Source: Flavobacteriaceae bacterium (lineage in GTDB: Bacteria; Bacteroidota; Bacteroidia; Flavobacteriales; Flavobacteriaceae). From it: DNA of 64,000 bases. Below the pieces are notes generated by a model. The model did not search any database, was not told where the DNA came from, and saw only the letters and a program-made list of their open reading frames with translations. The stretch is taken from positions 111,103 to 175,102 of the forward strand of contig JBMHDM010000015.1 of assembly GCA_049889395.1 (NCBI GenBank), in the 5' to 3' direction. Made by a program: the position numbers and the translations under genes. Positions 1-9,992 of this stretch are shown one piece after another (position 1 is the first letter of the stretch; every line of letters begins with the position of its first letter).

Positions 1-540
1 TTAAATAATAGCGTAACCTGCGATTTACAAGTCATTCCCATGAAAAATTATGATCGAGAAATATCTTACGATTTACCCATTATACCTTCTCCAAATTTAC
101 CCAATTCAAAATCCATAAATCTTTACCCTAGCTTGTGTCTGTTTGAAGGCACCAATGTGAGTGTTGGTCGCGGAACTGATCAACAATTTCAAGTTTTTGG
201 AAGCCCCGATTTAGATCCCAAAATTTTTGAGTTTAAATTTGTTCCAGAGCCAAAAACGGGAGCCAAATATCCTAAGCACAACCTAACCCAATGTTATGGC
301 AAAAATCTGAAACAGACCGAATTATTAGGAAAGATTCAACTTGAATGGCTAATTAAAGCTTACCAAAATACAGCTGATCCTTCAACTTTCTTTAATTCCT
401 TTTTTACTAAACTGGCCGGAACTACAACACTTCAAAAACAAATTGAAAGTGAATTGTCGCCTGAACTTATAAGAAAAAGCTGGGAGAAAGGTTTGATTGA
501 TTTCAAATCAATTAGATCGGATTACCTTCTGTATCGGTAG
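1..540 (+). CDS. DUF1343 / NamZ-like exo-beta-N-acetylmuramidase family protein, C-terminal part (5' end lies left of the window)
   Basis: Frame 1 is open from nt 1 (LNNSVTCDLQVIP precedes the Met at 40), so the listed 166-aa ORF is the tail of a longer gene. It carries the DUF1343-type stretch PSPNLP..LYPSLCLFEGTNVSVGRGTDQQFQVFGSP. Confidence 0.8.
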   Translation, partial: LNNSVTCDLQVIPMKNYDREISYDLPIIPSPNLPNSKSINLYPSLCLFEGTNVSVGRGTDQQFQVFGSPDLDPKIFEFKFVPEPKTGAKYPKHNLTQCYGKNLKQTELLGKIQLEWLIKAYQNTADPSTFFNSFFTKLAGTTTLQKQIESELSPELIRKSWEKGLIDFKSIRSDYLLYR

Positions 541-1357
541 TGGGTTTTCTGTAGGGTTGGAACGGTTGTTTTAGTAATGATTTTAAGTTTCCATTACTTT
601 TCGCATCAGGAAACGTATCAACACCGTATATTAAATTTTCTCTTTCCAAATAACTGTAAGTTCCGAACAGACGATCCCATACCGAAAAAATGTTCCCAAA
701 ATTGGTATCGGTGTGTGGTAGTTTATAATGATGGTGAGTTTTGTGCATGTCTGGGGAGATAATAATGTAACTCAAGGCTAAATCCAATGTTTTTGGAAGT
801 TTAATGTTGGCATGGCTAAATTGAGTGGCCACTAAAGACATGGATTGGTACAACATCACAATGGCGATTGGTGCGCCAATTACAAAAACGCCAACAAGTG
901 TAAAAAAATAGCGTACAACACTCTCCAAAGGGTGATGTCTATTTGCAGTGGTTGTATCTACGTTATGATCAGAATGATGAACCAGATGAATCATCCAAAG
1001 GGGTTTAATTTTGTGTTCCAAAAAATGTGGGAGGTATGCACCAATTAAATCCATTAAGAACACCCCAGATAAAGCGAATAACCACAAGGGCATTTCGGGT
1101 AACCAATATAAAATACCAAATTGATGCTCGACTACCCAATCTGCAGACTTGAGCAGTAAAAACGCTAAACTAAAATTAATTATTATGGTTGTGCCTGTAA
1201 AAAACAAGTTGGGCAAAGCATGCCGCCATTTTTTATAATTAAGATTAAATAATGGCAAGGCACCTTCCAATATCCAAAATAAACTAAGCCCTCCAACTAA
1301 TAAAATACTGCGGTGAAGAGAAGGGATTGTTTCGAAATAGCTTAAAATTTGTTCCAC
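512..1357 (-). CDS. fatty acid hydroxylase / sterol desaturase superfamily membrane protein
   Basis: 281 aa with several hydrophobic helices. Three histidine boxes (HFLEH, HLVHHSDH, HKTHHH) are typical of membrane di-iron hydroxylases/desaturases. The 3' end overlaps the convergent DUF1343 gene by 29 nt. Confidence 0.8.
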   Translation of the reverse strand: MEQILSYFETIPSLHRSILLVGGLSLFWILEGALPLFNLNYKKWRHALPNLFFTGTTIIINFSLAFLLLKSADWVVEHQFGILYWLPEMPLWLFALSGVFLMDLIGAYLPHFLEHKIKPLWMIHLVHHSDHNVDTTTANRHHPLESVVRYFFTLVGVFVIGAPIAIVMLYQSMSLVATQFSHANIKLPKTLDLALSYIIISPDMHKTHHHYKLPHTDTNFGNIFSVWDRLFGTYSYLERENLIYGVDTFPDAKSNGNLKSLLKQPFQPYRKPTTDTEGNPI

Positions 1358-1423
1358 ACTTTACTTTTTTCAAATATAGGATTTTTTAAAATCAACAACA
1401 ATTAAGCTCGAAGATATAAAAGC

Positions 1424-3151
1424 TTAAAAATCAAACTTGTAGAACGCTCCAGCTGTTATCTGAAAGCCTTGGGTAGGATATTGAAGCCATCTTTGGTAGT
1501 TCTGTCCCAAAATATTATTTAACTTAATTTGTGCCAACCACCGTTCAGTAACATTATGGGCTGCAGAGATATTCAAATCTATAAAATCCTCTACCCCAAC
1601 AATCCGGTCGAGGTCGTTGTTCAATGCCGTGGATTGGAATCGTTCAATATCGAAACGTTCTCCAACATAAAACAGCTGCAACCCCAAATCTAACTTTGAA
1701 TTGGGACTCCAGTCAACGCTTATCTCAGCCTCCAATTCGGGCAAATTCCATACCTGCTCTTCGGATTTTGTTTTGAAAGAATTAAATGTAATTTGAGTAT
1801 TGAAATGGAATGCATCATTCAAATATCCTTCTATAAACCCAGAAAATGAATATGTGTCTACGTCATCATATATAGTATCGAAAGAATTCCCATAAGAATA
1901 TCCTAAACCTGAGAAAATTAAAGGTTCTGTATTTTGCTGAAACATCAATAAATCATTTTGCTTGAAATATTTAGCCTTTAAATCAAAACCTATTTCTCTA
2001 CTCAATCTACCTTTGACGCCCATGCTACTATTAAAGATGTTAATTGTTGGTTTCAACAGCAATGTGGGAGATATAAATGGGTTCTGTTCATACAAATCTA
2101 GATAGGTGTTCTGAACCAAATCGCCAACTATTTTGGCGTATGCTACAATAATGGACTCTACAACATCGTATTGAGCCACCAAGTCCGGGACAATACAAAA
2201 TTTCTGTTTGGATGTCTGGTTTGTCAATAAAAAATAGGTTCTAAATCCTGCTGAAACCTTAAAATTGGGTAAAGTAAAATCAAAGGATGGGGAGAAAGAA
2301 ATTATAGTGTTACCGTAATCGATGGATTCTGAGGTCGTATATTCCCTGTCGAATGTTCCCTCAAGAAAATTTATTCCCAAAGTGGCATCTAATGGAATAT
2401 CTATAAAATCGAACTTAAGATCCATATCATAGACCAAGTTGAACTCACTGGAATCAAAGCGGTCTTTTAGAGTATGTAGCTTCAAGGTAGCATCAGCCAA
2501 CCAGCTATTAGACAATTCATATTGGGTTGAAAATTCGAAAATTGATAAGGTTTGTTTGACGTTTGAGTGTTGAATCATATCCGCAGGTAACGCTTGCGAT
2601 ATCCCATACCAATTGGACATAAATCGCTTGAAATCACCTTTGACATTCAGATTGGATTCTTGAGAATTGGATTGGTAAAAAACTGTTGCAAAATTGGTAG
2701 AAAATGAATCATCTAATACAACTTCATCGATACCACCTTGTGAAGAAAAATGACCAAAATGACCACCTACTCTACTGGTTTTGTCCAAGTCATGATTTAA
2801 AAACAAATTTGCAGAAATATTGGTGTAATTTCCAATTGATAAAGCCGCTACGTTATTGAAACTTTTTAAAGCTCCCCGTTTGAGTAATCCAATAAATTTG
2901 GATTTGGCAGGAGAGAATGTAGAGGCAACAGGCACAGAAAAAATCTGGTAGTCAATCGGCTTCTTTTGGGTCTGATGAATGGGTTGTTGGGGTATTATTT
3001 TTAGTTTAAACGCATCTGAAAGCGTCGGTGTATAGGGTTTAATGACACTTACTTTTTGGGTGTCCAAAGTATCTTGTGAACTTTGATTTTGAGATAATAC
3101 ATTGAATATCCCAATAATAAAAGCAAATAGTATGTATAGCTTATTTGTCAT
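1424..3151 (-). CDS. outer-membrane beta-barrel protein of unknown function (TonB-dependent-receptor-like barrel, no recognisable plug)
   Basis: 575 aa with a signal peptide (MTNKLYILFAFIIGIFNVLSQ). It shows an alternating beta-strand pattern rich in Y/F/N/G/S and a C-terminal aromatic beta-signal (..ITAGAFYKFDF). It starts 7 nt after the stop of the upstream TPR gene. Confidence 0.6.
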   Translation of the reverse strand: MTNKLYILFAFIIGIFNVLSQNQSSQDTLDTQKVSVIKPYTPTLSDAFKLKIIPQQPIHQTQKKPIDYQIFSVPVASTFSPAKSKFIGLLKRGALKSFNNVAALSIGNYTNISANLFLNHDLDKTSRVGGHFGHFSSQGGIDEVVLDDSFSTNFATVFYQSNSQESNLNVKGDFKRFMSNWYGISQALPADMIQHSNVKQTLSIFEFSTQYELSNSWLADATLKLHTLKDRFDSSEFNLVYDMDLKFDFIDIPLDATLGINFLEGTFDREYTTSESIDYGNTIISFSPSFDFTLPNFKVSAGFRTYFLLTNQTSKQKFCIVPDLVAQYDVVESIIVAYAKIVGDLVQNTYLDLYEQNPFISPTLLLKPTINIFNSSMGVKGRLSREIGFDLKAKYFKQNDLLMFQQNTEPLIFSGLGYSYGNSFDTIYDDVDTYSFSGFIEGYLNDAFHFNTQITFNSFKTKSEEQVWNLPELEAEISVDWSPNSKLDLGLQLFYVGERFDIERFQSTALNNDLDRIVGVEDFIDLNISAAHNVTERWLAQIKLNNILGQNYQRWLQYPTQGFQITAGAFYKFDF

Positions 3152-3158
3152 CCAATTG

Positions 3159-6100
3159 TTATTCTTTAAGGGTATTTGGTGTGTTGTTAGTCGACTCTAA
3201 AGAGGCATTAGTTTGACCAATAGTCTCTTTATATTGATTCAACAAAGCTTTAGCTTCTTCTGTAATGTCTGCAAAAGATTCGAAGTTATCAATGACACTT
3301 TCTAGTATATAGGTTGCTTGAAATGTATCTTCTAAGGCATAAAAATTTTGAGCCATTAAAATGAGTCCTTTTGCAGCAAATGACTTATTATTAGGGTATG
3401 TTTTTATAAGTTCTTGAATCAACAAATTTGAGTTTTCAAAATCAGAATCTTTATGCTTGAAATATGCTAAATAATAGGTTGCTTCAGCACCATAATTGCT
3501 GGATGATAATTGAAGTATAGTTTCGAAAGAGGTTTTGGCCAAACTGTCTTTTTGTTGTGCCAATGCAGAACGTGCTTTGATGGCCAAAGCATCCTTTTTA
3601 ATAAGGCGATTGGTTCTAGTGTCATTTAAAACATTGTTCGAATATTCTATAGCCATGTTGTAAGATTCTTCTTTGAAAAATACTTTCATCAGGTTGGATT
3701 GTGCAAAGAGAGTATTTTGGGGATTTTTGGATTCCCGCTCCAAACGTTTGAGCAATGAAGTGACTTCCATATTTTGTTCTAAAGCGATGACACAAACTTT
3801 CTGCAAGGCAGGCTCCGTAAATTCGTTATTGGACTGATTGATCACAAACTCGTAGTGTGGCAGAGCATTAATCTTAAGATCTTGACTATAATACAAATCA
3901 GCCAAATAAAAATGAGCTTGAATTTGACGACTTCCTTGGGTGTAATTCTCAATGTATGAATTAAACAAATTAATAGCACGTTCGATGTTGCTTTCTAAAT
4001 ACTGTTTTTCGGCAGCTTCATAAGCAGCCGATTCCAGCTTAATTTCGGTTTTGCTTACATAGGGTAATGTCCCCACCCATTTTGCATAATCGTTAACTTT
4101 TCCGTCGTCAATGTACAACGAACGAACTGAACTAATGGCTTGGTAGGCCTCTGGTGTTGCAGGATACTGCTCTGCTACTTGCTTTAAAACAGCTAGTGCT
4201 TCTAAGTTATCAGATTGGTTGTAAAGTAAGAGCCCCTTCCGTAATAATGATTTTGAAACCAATTTGCTTTTGGGGAAATTTACAATTACATTGTCATAAA
4301 ATTCCACTGCAGATTTTGACTTATTAAGTGTATTGTAGGTGTTGGCCAACTCAAAATTTATATCATCTAAATATTTGGAGTTTTTATAAGTCAATACTGA
4401 TTTTAGCGTGGAAATCTTAGTCTTAGTTTCCCCTAAAAATCCATAACAAATAGCCATTTGGAATGTGGCATAATCTGAAAAAGGGTCCTTGTTTTGGATC
4501 AATTTATTATACCATTCAATAGCTTTCGTGTAGTTTTTGGATACAAAATAAGCATCGGCTTTGCGTAGATATGTATCGAACAGCAATAGCTCGTCCCTAT
4601 TTGGTTTGGTAACATAATTCTGAAAAGCTAATATAGCCTTTTCGTATTGTTTTAATTTAAAATAAGTGTACCCTAAATTATATTCTAAATGATTGTTTTC
4701 CAATAAATTAGAATTTGGATTAATCTTACTCTTAAATTCAAGATATCCGTCTAATGCACTTTGAAAATTCAATTGATTAAAATCAATTTCTGCTTTCCAG
4801 AAGTATGCTCTTGCAGAAAGTTCAGGGTCAATTCCACTTGAAATTACCTTCTCGAACAATGATTTTGCAGGCAGCAATTCATTTTGATTATATAACTCTA
4901 ATGCCCTGTAAAAGGCTACTTTTTGGTAAACTGGTTTTAGAGCATTTCGCATGTTATCCTCTAACAACATCAGGGCTTCCTTATAATTTTGCGAAGATAC
5001 ATATGAATCAACAAGGAGCGATTCAATAGTATGGGCAAAAGGTGATTTTGGATATTGATTTAAAAAATCTGTCAAGACTTGTGAAACCGAGGCATAGGGA
5101 TTCCCTATGTCATAACTTAGCTTGGCATAATTGAGCCATGCGTCTTCTTGAATTTTTAAATTAAATGTCAATTCTGATGCGCTTTTGAAAGCATTTAGAG
5201 CCTCCTCTTTCTGATTATTTTTAATGTAACATTCGGCCAAATGATAGTAGGCATTTTGAGCTAAAGCATTAGTGCCACCAATAATTTTATTGAATTCATC
5301 AATGGCGTCTTCAAATAAATTCTGCCTGTAATAGGCATATCCAAGCTGATAAAAATCAACATGAGTCCATTTCCCATTTTTGCCTTTGTACTGCTTTAAA
5401 TATGGAATTGCTTTGTCGTAATTCTTTAGATAAAAAAAGCTTTCACCAATGATTTTGTTAAGCTCTGAGACTTCATTGGGACTGGTATCGTCAAGAGCTT
5501 TTAATGAAGCGTCAATAGCCTCTTGAAAAGCACCTAGTTTAAATTTCAAATCTGCTTTAAAATAAGCCAATTCCTCACCAAACTGTTGTTCTACATCCTT
5601 ACTTTGAAACAGTAATGAGGCCGAATCATAGTCGTCCTGTTGATAGGCCATAAACCCTAAATAATATCGGGCTTGTGAGCCATATTGGTCTGAAAATTCA
5701 ACATTTTTAAAACAGGTTTTTGCTTGTTCAAAATTGTCTGTTCGAAAGTTAGAATAACCATATCGAAAGAAAAATAGCTCTTTTTGATGTGTCTTCAGGT
5801 TATCTGGTTCTACGTTTTGATACCATTTTTTGGCATACGCAAATTTGGTTTTATTGAAATAATAATTGCCAGCTTCCAAAAATATTAGATTTCGACGTGG
5901 GCTTGTTGGGTAGTTATCCAAGAAAGATTCCAGCCGACTCTGAGCCGAAGGAAGATTAAGCCGAATAGCGCATACCGCCGTGAAATAAGAAGCATTATAA
6001 GTAATTTGAGGACTATTGCTTTTGGTTACCAAGTTTGAGAATAGGACTTGAGCGGGTTTATACTGACCAATATCGAACAGGGCTACGGCACGATTAAAAT

Positions 6101-6212
6101 TTAATTGATCCGTTGAACTGGATTTGCTAATTTGACTCTGTGATATCCAATTAAAACATAAAAAAATTACAATAAGTCGTAATTTATAAGTCATAGCTTT
6201 TGGTACAAACAT
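3159..6212 (-). CDS. very large secreted tetratricopeptide-repeat (TPR) protein
   Basis: About 1,000 aa of TPR-like helical repeats with recurring A..Y/F..G..Y...A patterns (e.g. AYYHLAECYIKNNQKEEALNAF, LEYNLGYTYFKLKQYEKAILAF). The N-terminus is hydrophobic (KLRLIVIFLCFNWISQSQ). The track start at 6221 is a TTG; ATG codons lie at 6212 and 6194. A -7 box at 6219-6226 favours one of the ATGs. Confidence 0.8.
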   Translation of the reverse strand: MFVPKAMTYKLRLIVIFLCFNWISQSQISKSSSTDQLNFNRAVALFDIGQYKPAQVLFSNLVTKSNSPQITYNASYFTAVCAIRLNLPSAQSRLESFLDNYPTSPRRNLIFLEAGNYYFNKTKFAYAKKWYQNVEPDNLKTHQKELFFFRYGYSNFRTDNFEQAKTCFKNVEFSDQYGSQARYYLGFMAYQQDDYDSASLLFQSKDVEQQFGEELAYFKADLKFKLGAFQEAIDASLKALDDTSPNEVSELNKIIGESFFYLKNYDKAIPYLKQYKGKNGKWTHVDFYQLGYAYYRQNLFEDAIDEFNKIIGGTNALAQNAYYHLAECYIKNNQKEEALNAFKSASELTFNLKIQEDAWLNYAKLSYDIGNPYASVSQVLTDFLNQYPKSPFAHTIESLLVDSYVSSQNYKEALMLLEDNMRNALKPVYQKVAFYRALELYNQNELLPAKSLFEKVISSGIDPELSARAYFWKAEIDFNQLNFQSALDGYLEFKSKINPNSNLLENNHLEYNLGYTYFKLKQYEKAILAFQNYVTKPNRDELLLFDTYLRKADAYFVSKNYTKAIEWYNKLIQNKDPFSDYATFQMAICYGFLGETKTKISTLKSVLTYKNSKYLDDINFELANTYNTLNKSKSAVEFYDNVIVNFPKSKLVSKSLLRKGLLLYNQSDNLEALAVLKQVAEQYPATPEAYQAISSVRSLYIDDGKVNDYAKWVGTLPYVSKTEIKLESAAYEAAEKQYLESNIERAINLFNSYIENYTQGSRQIQAHFYLADLYYSQDLKINALPHYEFVINQSNNEFTEPALQKVCVIALEQNMEVTSLLKRLERESKNPQNTLFAQSNLMKVFFKEESYNMAIEYSNNVLNDTRTNRLIKKDALAIKARSALAQQKDSLAKTSFETILQLSSSNYGAEATYYLAYFKHKDSDFENSNLLIQELIKTYPNNKSFAAKGLILMAQNFYALEDTFQATYILESVIDNFESFADITEEAKALLNQYKETIGQTNASLESTNNTPNTLKE

Positions 6213-6218
6213 CTTGTT

Positions 6219-6226
6219 CAAATATA
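6219..6226 (-). promoter_or_regulatory. candidate Bacteroidota -7 promoter box (TAnnTTTG)
   Basis: The minus strand reads TATATTTG. It lies 6 nt upstream of the ATG at 6212 and 24 nt upstream of the ATG at 6194 of the TPR gene. Confidence 0.4.
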
Positions 6227-6360
6227 AACTATATAACGCAAAAAATTTATTTTAATTACATCTAAAGTTGAAAGTAAAACTTTTCGTTAAACTAAATTTT
6301 ATTGAAATTTGATATTTGTATCAATTAGTGATACTTTTATGGAAAATATTCAATATAACA

Positions 6361-7047
6361 ATGTCCTCCTCCGTTCTAAAACTAGAAAACGTTTCCATTT
6401 TTCAAAGTAAAAATATGATTTTGAATGCTGTTAATATCGATATCAAAGAAGGTGATTTTGTCTATTTGATTGGAAAAACAGGATCTGGAAAAAGTAGTCT
6501 TCTGAAAACACTTTACGGTGATTTGACTTTGACCAATGGAAAAGGACAAATTGTAGGCTTCGATTTGGCGGCAATGAAAGATAAGGACATTCCATTTTTG
6601 AGACGAAAACTAGGGATCATTTTTCAAGACTTCAAACTACTAAATGACCGTACCGTTAGTAGCAATTTAGAATTTGTACTTAAGGCGACTGGGTGGAAGG
6701 ATCGTAAACTGATTCAAAATCAAATTGTTGCAGTTTTAACCAAAGTAAGCATGCAAACTAAAGGACACAAATTTCCTCATGAGCTTTCTGGCGGTGAACA
6801 ACAGCGGGTAGCCATTGCCAGAGCACTATTGAATGATCCTGAACTCATTTTGGCAGATGAACCAACTGGTAATTTAGACCCTCAAACTAGCATTGAAGTT
6901 ATGCAAGTTTTACAGGAGCTTAATAAAAAAGGTAACACCATTTTTATGGCCACTCACGACTATGCTTTGATCTTGAAATATCCCAGCAAAACTCTAAAAT
7001 GCGAGGACAGTAAAGTCTTCGAAGTGGTTCAGCGAAAAGCTGTTTAG
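6361..7047 (+). CDS. ftsE: FtsE-like ABC transporter ATP-binding protein
   Basis: Walker [13 protein letters not shown] signature LSGGEQQR, Walker [13 protein letters not shown] and H-loop ATHD are present. Size and motif spacing fit FtsE/LolD-type ATPases. The track ORF begins at a TTG at 6316; the ATG at 6361 ([11 protein letters not shown]) is the more likely start. No ftsX-like permease is adjacent. Confidence 0.8.
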   Translation: MSSSVLKLENVSIFQSKNMILNAVNIDIKEGDFVYLIGKTGSGKSSLLKTLYGDLTLTNGKGQIVGFDLAAMKDKDIPFLRRKLGIIFQDFKLLNDRTVSSNLEFVLKATGWKDRKLIQNQIVAVLTKVSMQTKGHKFPHELSGGEQQRVAIARALLNDPELILADEPTGNLDPQTSIEVMQVLQELNKKGNTIFMATHDYALILKYPSKTLKCEDSKVFEVVQRKAV

Positions 7048-7877
7048 TCAGATTTTTTTTGATTGTCGTAAACATGACGGTTTTTGACAATACCTTTTCT
7101 AAAAACCTGTCTTAAAGACATTCTAAATTTAGCATCTAATTTTAATATAAAATCCATTAATCTTCGATTTGGTCGCCCCCTAAAACTGGTAACATGAAAA
7201 CGATCTTTTTCAGACATTGAATAATCTGAAAAATAATAATTTGAAACACAACAACGAACACCTGATGAATTTATTTTGGATACCGAATGCCATGATTTGT
7301 GATGGGTTGCCATGACTACTAACCTATTGAATTTACTCTCTATGGTCAGAGGATCCTGTTTGAGACCGTTGGACCAAAGTTCCAGATGACCACCATTTTC
7401 TAACGACCAATTTGGCGTAACATAATACAAAAGGTTAAAAACACGCCACCGCTCTCTATCCTTATCATGTGAATTGTCTAGGTGTGGATTAAGAAAATTT
7501 GCTTTTTTCATAAGAGATAAACCGCCAGCGTAAAGATTTTTATCTGCATAAAGAGATTTAATATTCAAATTATCGCGAAAAAAATCTAAAATTCTTGAAT
7601 CCTGAAAAGCGTATGTTATGGCTTTCATCAAACCATCATATTGATTCATTTGATAGGCCACATATTTATACTCTCTGATACTTTTTTTTAAAACAGATTG
7701 ATCTGTTGTAGGAAATTTATCATAAATTTCGTTGGCTATTGATACTGGTAGTAAATCATCAACAAAAAAATATCCAATATTATCAACAGATTTTTGGTAT
7801 GATGTAATGATTTCATCTTTTTTTAATTCTAGTTTTACTAAAATTAAATCTGCTAAACTTGCTGGTGTGTGAACCAT
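7044..7877 (-). CDS. 2OG-Fe(II) oxygenase superfamily protein (prolyl-hydroxylase-like)
   Basis: The HxD...H facial triad context is present: NPHLDNSHD, then GGHLELW, then KSWHSVS. This is the typical double-stranded beta-helix dioxygenase layout. The 3' end overlaps ftsE by 4 nt (convergent). Confidence 0.7.
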   Translation of the reverse strand: MVHTPASLADLILVKLELKKDEIITSYQKSVDNIGYFFVDDLLPVSIANEIYDKFPTTDQSVLKKSIREYKYVAYQMNQYDGLMKAITYAFQDSRILDFFRDNLNIKSLYADKNLYAGGLSLMKKANFLNPHLDNSHDKDRERWRVFNLLYYVTPNWSLENGGHLELWSNGLKQDPLTIESKFNRLVVMATHHKSWHSVSKINSSGVRCCVSNYYFSDYSMSEKDRFHVTSFRGRPNRRLMDFILKLDAKFRMSLRQVFRKGIVKNRHVYDNQKKSD

Positions 7878-7967
7878 TTTGCGAGTGTTTGTATCATTTT
7901 TTTTAAAAGTAACTCATTTGTAGTAATAAAAAAATAAAAATTGTAATTTGTACGACTATTATTGTCT

Positions 7968-8855
7968 ATGCTTTCCATTCTAGTTCCGATTTACAACTGC
8001 ATTGTTATTAAATTAATTGAAACCATTCATAAACAATTGGAGCGTTCTAATATTGACTACGAAATTATTTGTTTGGATGATGCGTCAAAAAGTCATTTCA
8101 CAACCCAAAATAAAGTTGTAGAATCATATACAAATACCCGTTATATTGTGTTATCCCAAAATACAGGTAGAGCGATTGCCAAGCATCAATTGTGTCAAAA
8201 AGCGACCTACCCTTGGATTCTGTTTTTAGATGCTGATGTGGAAATAACCAACCCACAATTCATTCAAAATTATCTAAGCCATATTGATAGCAATTTTGAC
8301 TTCATATTTGGTGGATTTACTTACAAGACAAATCAACCTGATTCGGATTCCGTACTTCGGTGGAAATATGGCAAAGCACACGAGAGTGTTCCTGCCAGTC
8401 AGAGAAATAAACTACCCTACAAGGTGACAATTGCGGCTAATGTTTTGGCCAAAAAAGAAAGTTATTTGTCACTTGGCATAGACACTTTTGGGCAAAACTA
8501 TGGTATGGACCTTTTGATAGGAACCATGCTGAAGAAGCTCAAAAAACATGTACTTCATATCGACAACCCCGTGTATCATATTGGTTTAGAGCAAAATAAA
8601 GTTTACATACAAAAAAAAGAACGGGCGGCTAATTCGTTGTTAAAACAATATTATGATGGTGTCAAAGAATCATCAAATACACTTCTGAATACATTTATTG
8701 CGTTAAAAAAATTTAAACTCAATTTTTTATTAGCTGCCCTTTTCCGATTCTTTAAACCAAAAATGATAAAGAATTTAACAAGTTCTAATCCGAATATCAA
8801 AATTTTTCAATTTTACAGAATATCATACATGTGTTGGAAAGATTTAAATCCCTGA
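7968..8855 (+). CDS. glycosyltransferase family 2
   Basis: The N-terminal SILVPIYN, LDDAS and LFLDADV (DxD) motifs match a GT-A fold family-2 transferase. The track start at 7962 is a TTG; an ATG lies at 7968. Confidence 0.8.
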   Translation: MLSILVPIYNCIVIKLIETIHKQLERSNIDYEIICLDDASKSHFTTQNKVVESYTNTRYIVLSQNTGRAIAKHQLCQKATYPWILFLDADVEITNPQFIQNYLSHIDSNFDFIFGGFTYKTNQPDSDSVLRWKYGKAHESVPASQRNKLPYKVTIAANVLAKKESYLSLGIDTFGQNYGMDLLIGTMLKKLKKHVLHIDNPVYHIGLEQNKVYIQKKERAANSLLKQYYDGVKESSNTLLNTFIALKKFKLNFLLAALFRFFKPKMIKNLTSSNPNIKIFQFYRISYMCWKDLNP

Positions 8856-9992
8856 CTATAATTGTTTTTCAAACAAAATATTAGCCCATATCTTGGAAAT
8901 CTGATTAATTGAAAATTTATCGACACTTGTCTTGGCATTTTTCCTACAACGATTGTAAAGGATATGATTTTCAACCATTAAATTAAAAGCCTGAGCTAAC
9001 GCTTTGGGTTTATGATTTTCGACTAATAAACCATTGTTTTTGTGTGAAATAATTTCATTAGGCCCTGCAACGCAATCGACTGAGACTACTGGCACTCCCA
9101 GTGCCAAACTTTCGATGAGTACCATAGGAAACCCCTCAAATTTGCTAGTTAGGGTAGAGAAAATAGCTTTTGAAATAATTAAATCTGGTTGACTAGTGTA
9201 TGGGACAAAATGAACAAAATTTGATAGTTCAAATTTATTAATTTTGGTTTTTAACTTTAAAACATCAGGGCCATCGCCCAAAATAACCAAATGAATATTG
9301 TTTTGTTTTAAATTAGAACGTTTATAGGCGTCCAACAATAAACTGATATTTTTTATTGAATCATCCACCCGACCAAAAAACAAGATGTAATTTTGGGGTA
9401 AATCAATGATCTTTTCAGGCTGAATTGACTGAATTGATGGCAAAGCATTATAGACTGTACTAATGTTCTCAAACTCATATTTCTCGTAAACAAGGTTATG
9501 AACAGCTTTTGAAACACATGCTATGGACGTCGCATTCGTATAAAGTAGCCGCGAAAGGAATTTTGATGATGGAAAATAATTATTCAGAAATGAACTATGA
9601 ACGACATATATGACATTCTGATTGGCATAAAGCAATTTATTGATCATAAATTGTTTGAAAAATGTTGGTCTTGCACGACTGTCAATAATATAATCAAATT
9701 GTTCTGTTTGAAGATAATTATAAAACACCCAAAACCGTTTAATTCTACCCCAAACACTATCATTTTTTTCTTTTAGAATTCCAAGATTTAACAACACGCC
9801 TTTAAAGTCATAATCGATACTATTCATAACAGAAATAAGGTGTATCTTATGACCTAATTTCGAGAGTACGAAAGATAAATTTGCAGAGGATTTTTGAGCA
9901 CCTCCCCCACCCAAAGACGATGTTACTATCGCTATTTTTAGTTGGGATTTACTCACGTGACTGGGAATATGTGGTGTCGTAGTTTTTATCAT
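8856..9992 (-). CDS. glycosyltransferase family 4 (GT-B fold)
   Basis: An N-terminal KIAIVTSSLGGGGAQK loop and a C-terminal FEGFPMVLIESLALGVPVVS...NGLLV (EX7E-type) motif are present. The ATG start at 9992 overlaps the upstream gene by 44 nt. An in-frame GTG at 9956 (VSKSQLKIAIV) would remove the overlap. Confidence 0.8.
   Translation of the reverse strand: MIKTTTPHIPSHVSKSQLKIAIVTSSLGGGGAQKSSANLSFVLSKLGHKIHLISVMNSIDYDFKGVLLNLGILKEKNDSVWGRIKRFWVFYNYLQTEQFDYIIDSRARPTFFKQFMINKLLYANQNVIYVVHSSFLNNYFPSSKFLSRLLYTNATSIACVSKAVHNLVYEKYEFENISTVYNALPSIQSIQPEKIIDLPQNYILFFGRVDDSIKNISLLLDAYKRSNLKQNNIHLVILGDGPDVLKLKTKINKFELSNFVHFVPYTSQPDLIISKAIFSTLTSKFEGFPMVLIESLALGVPVVSVDCVAGPNEIISHKNNGLLVENHKPKALAQAFNLMVENHILYNRCRKNAKTSVDKFSINQISKIWANILFEKQL

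Noticed and set aside
9090-9106. A perfect 17-bp palindrome, TGGCACT-CCC-AGTGCCA, containing a sigma-54 -24-like TGGCAC on both strands.
   Set aside because: It lies inside the conserved GT4 catalytic motif coding region (..LGVPVVS..). A 7-bp-arm palindrome is expected a few times by chance in 64 kb, and there is no downstream gene in a sensible orientation.
9949-9992. A 44-nt overlap between the GT4 start and the end of the phosphoethanolamine-transferase gene, as a possible regulatory overlap.
   Set aside because: It is more likely a start-codon artefact. An in-frame GTG at 9956 (VSKSQLKIAIVTSS..) gives a normal GT4 N-terminus and removes the overlap.
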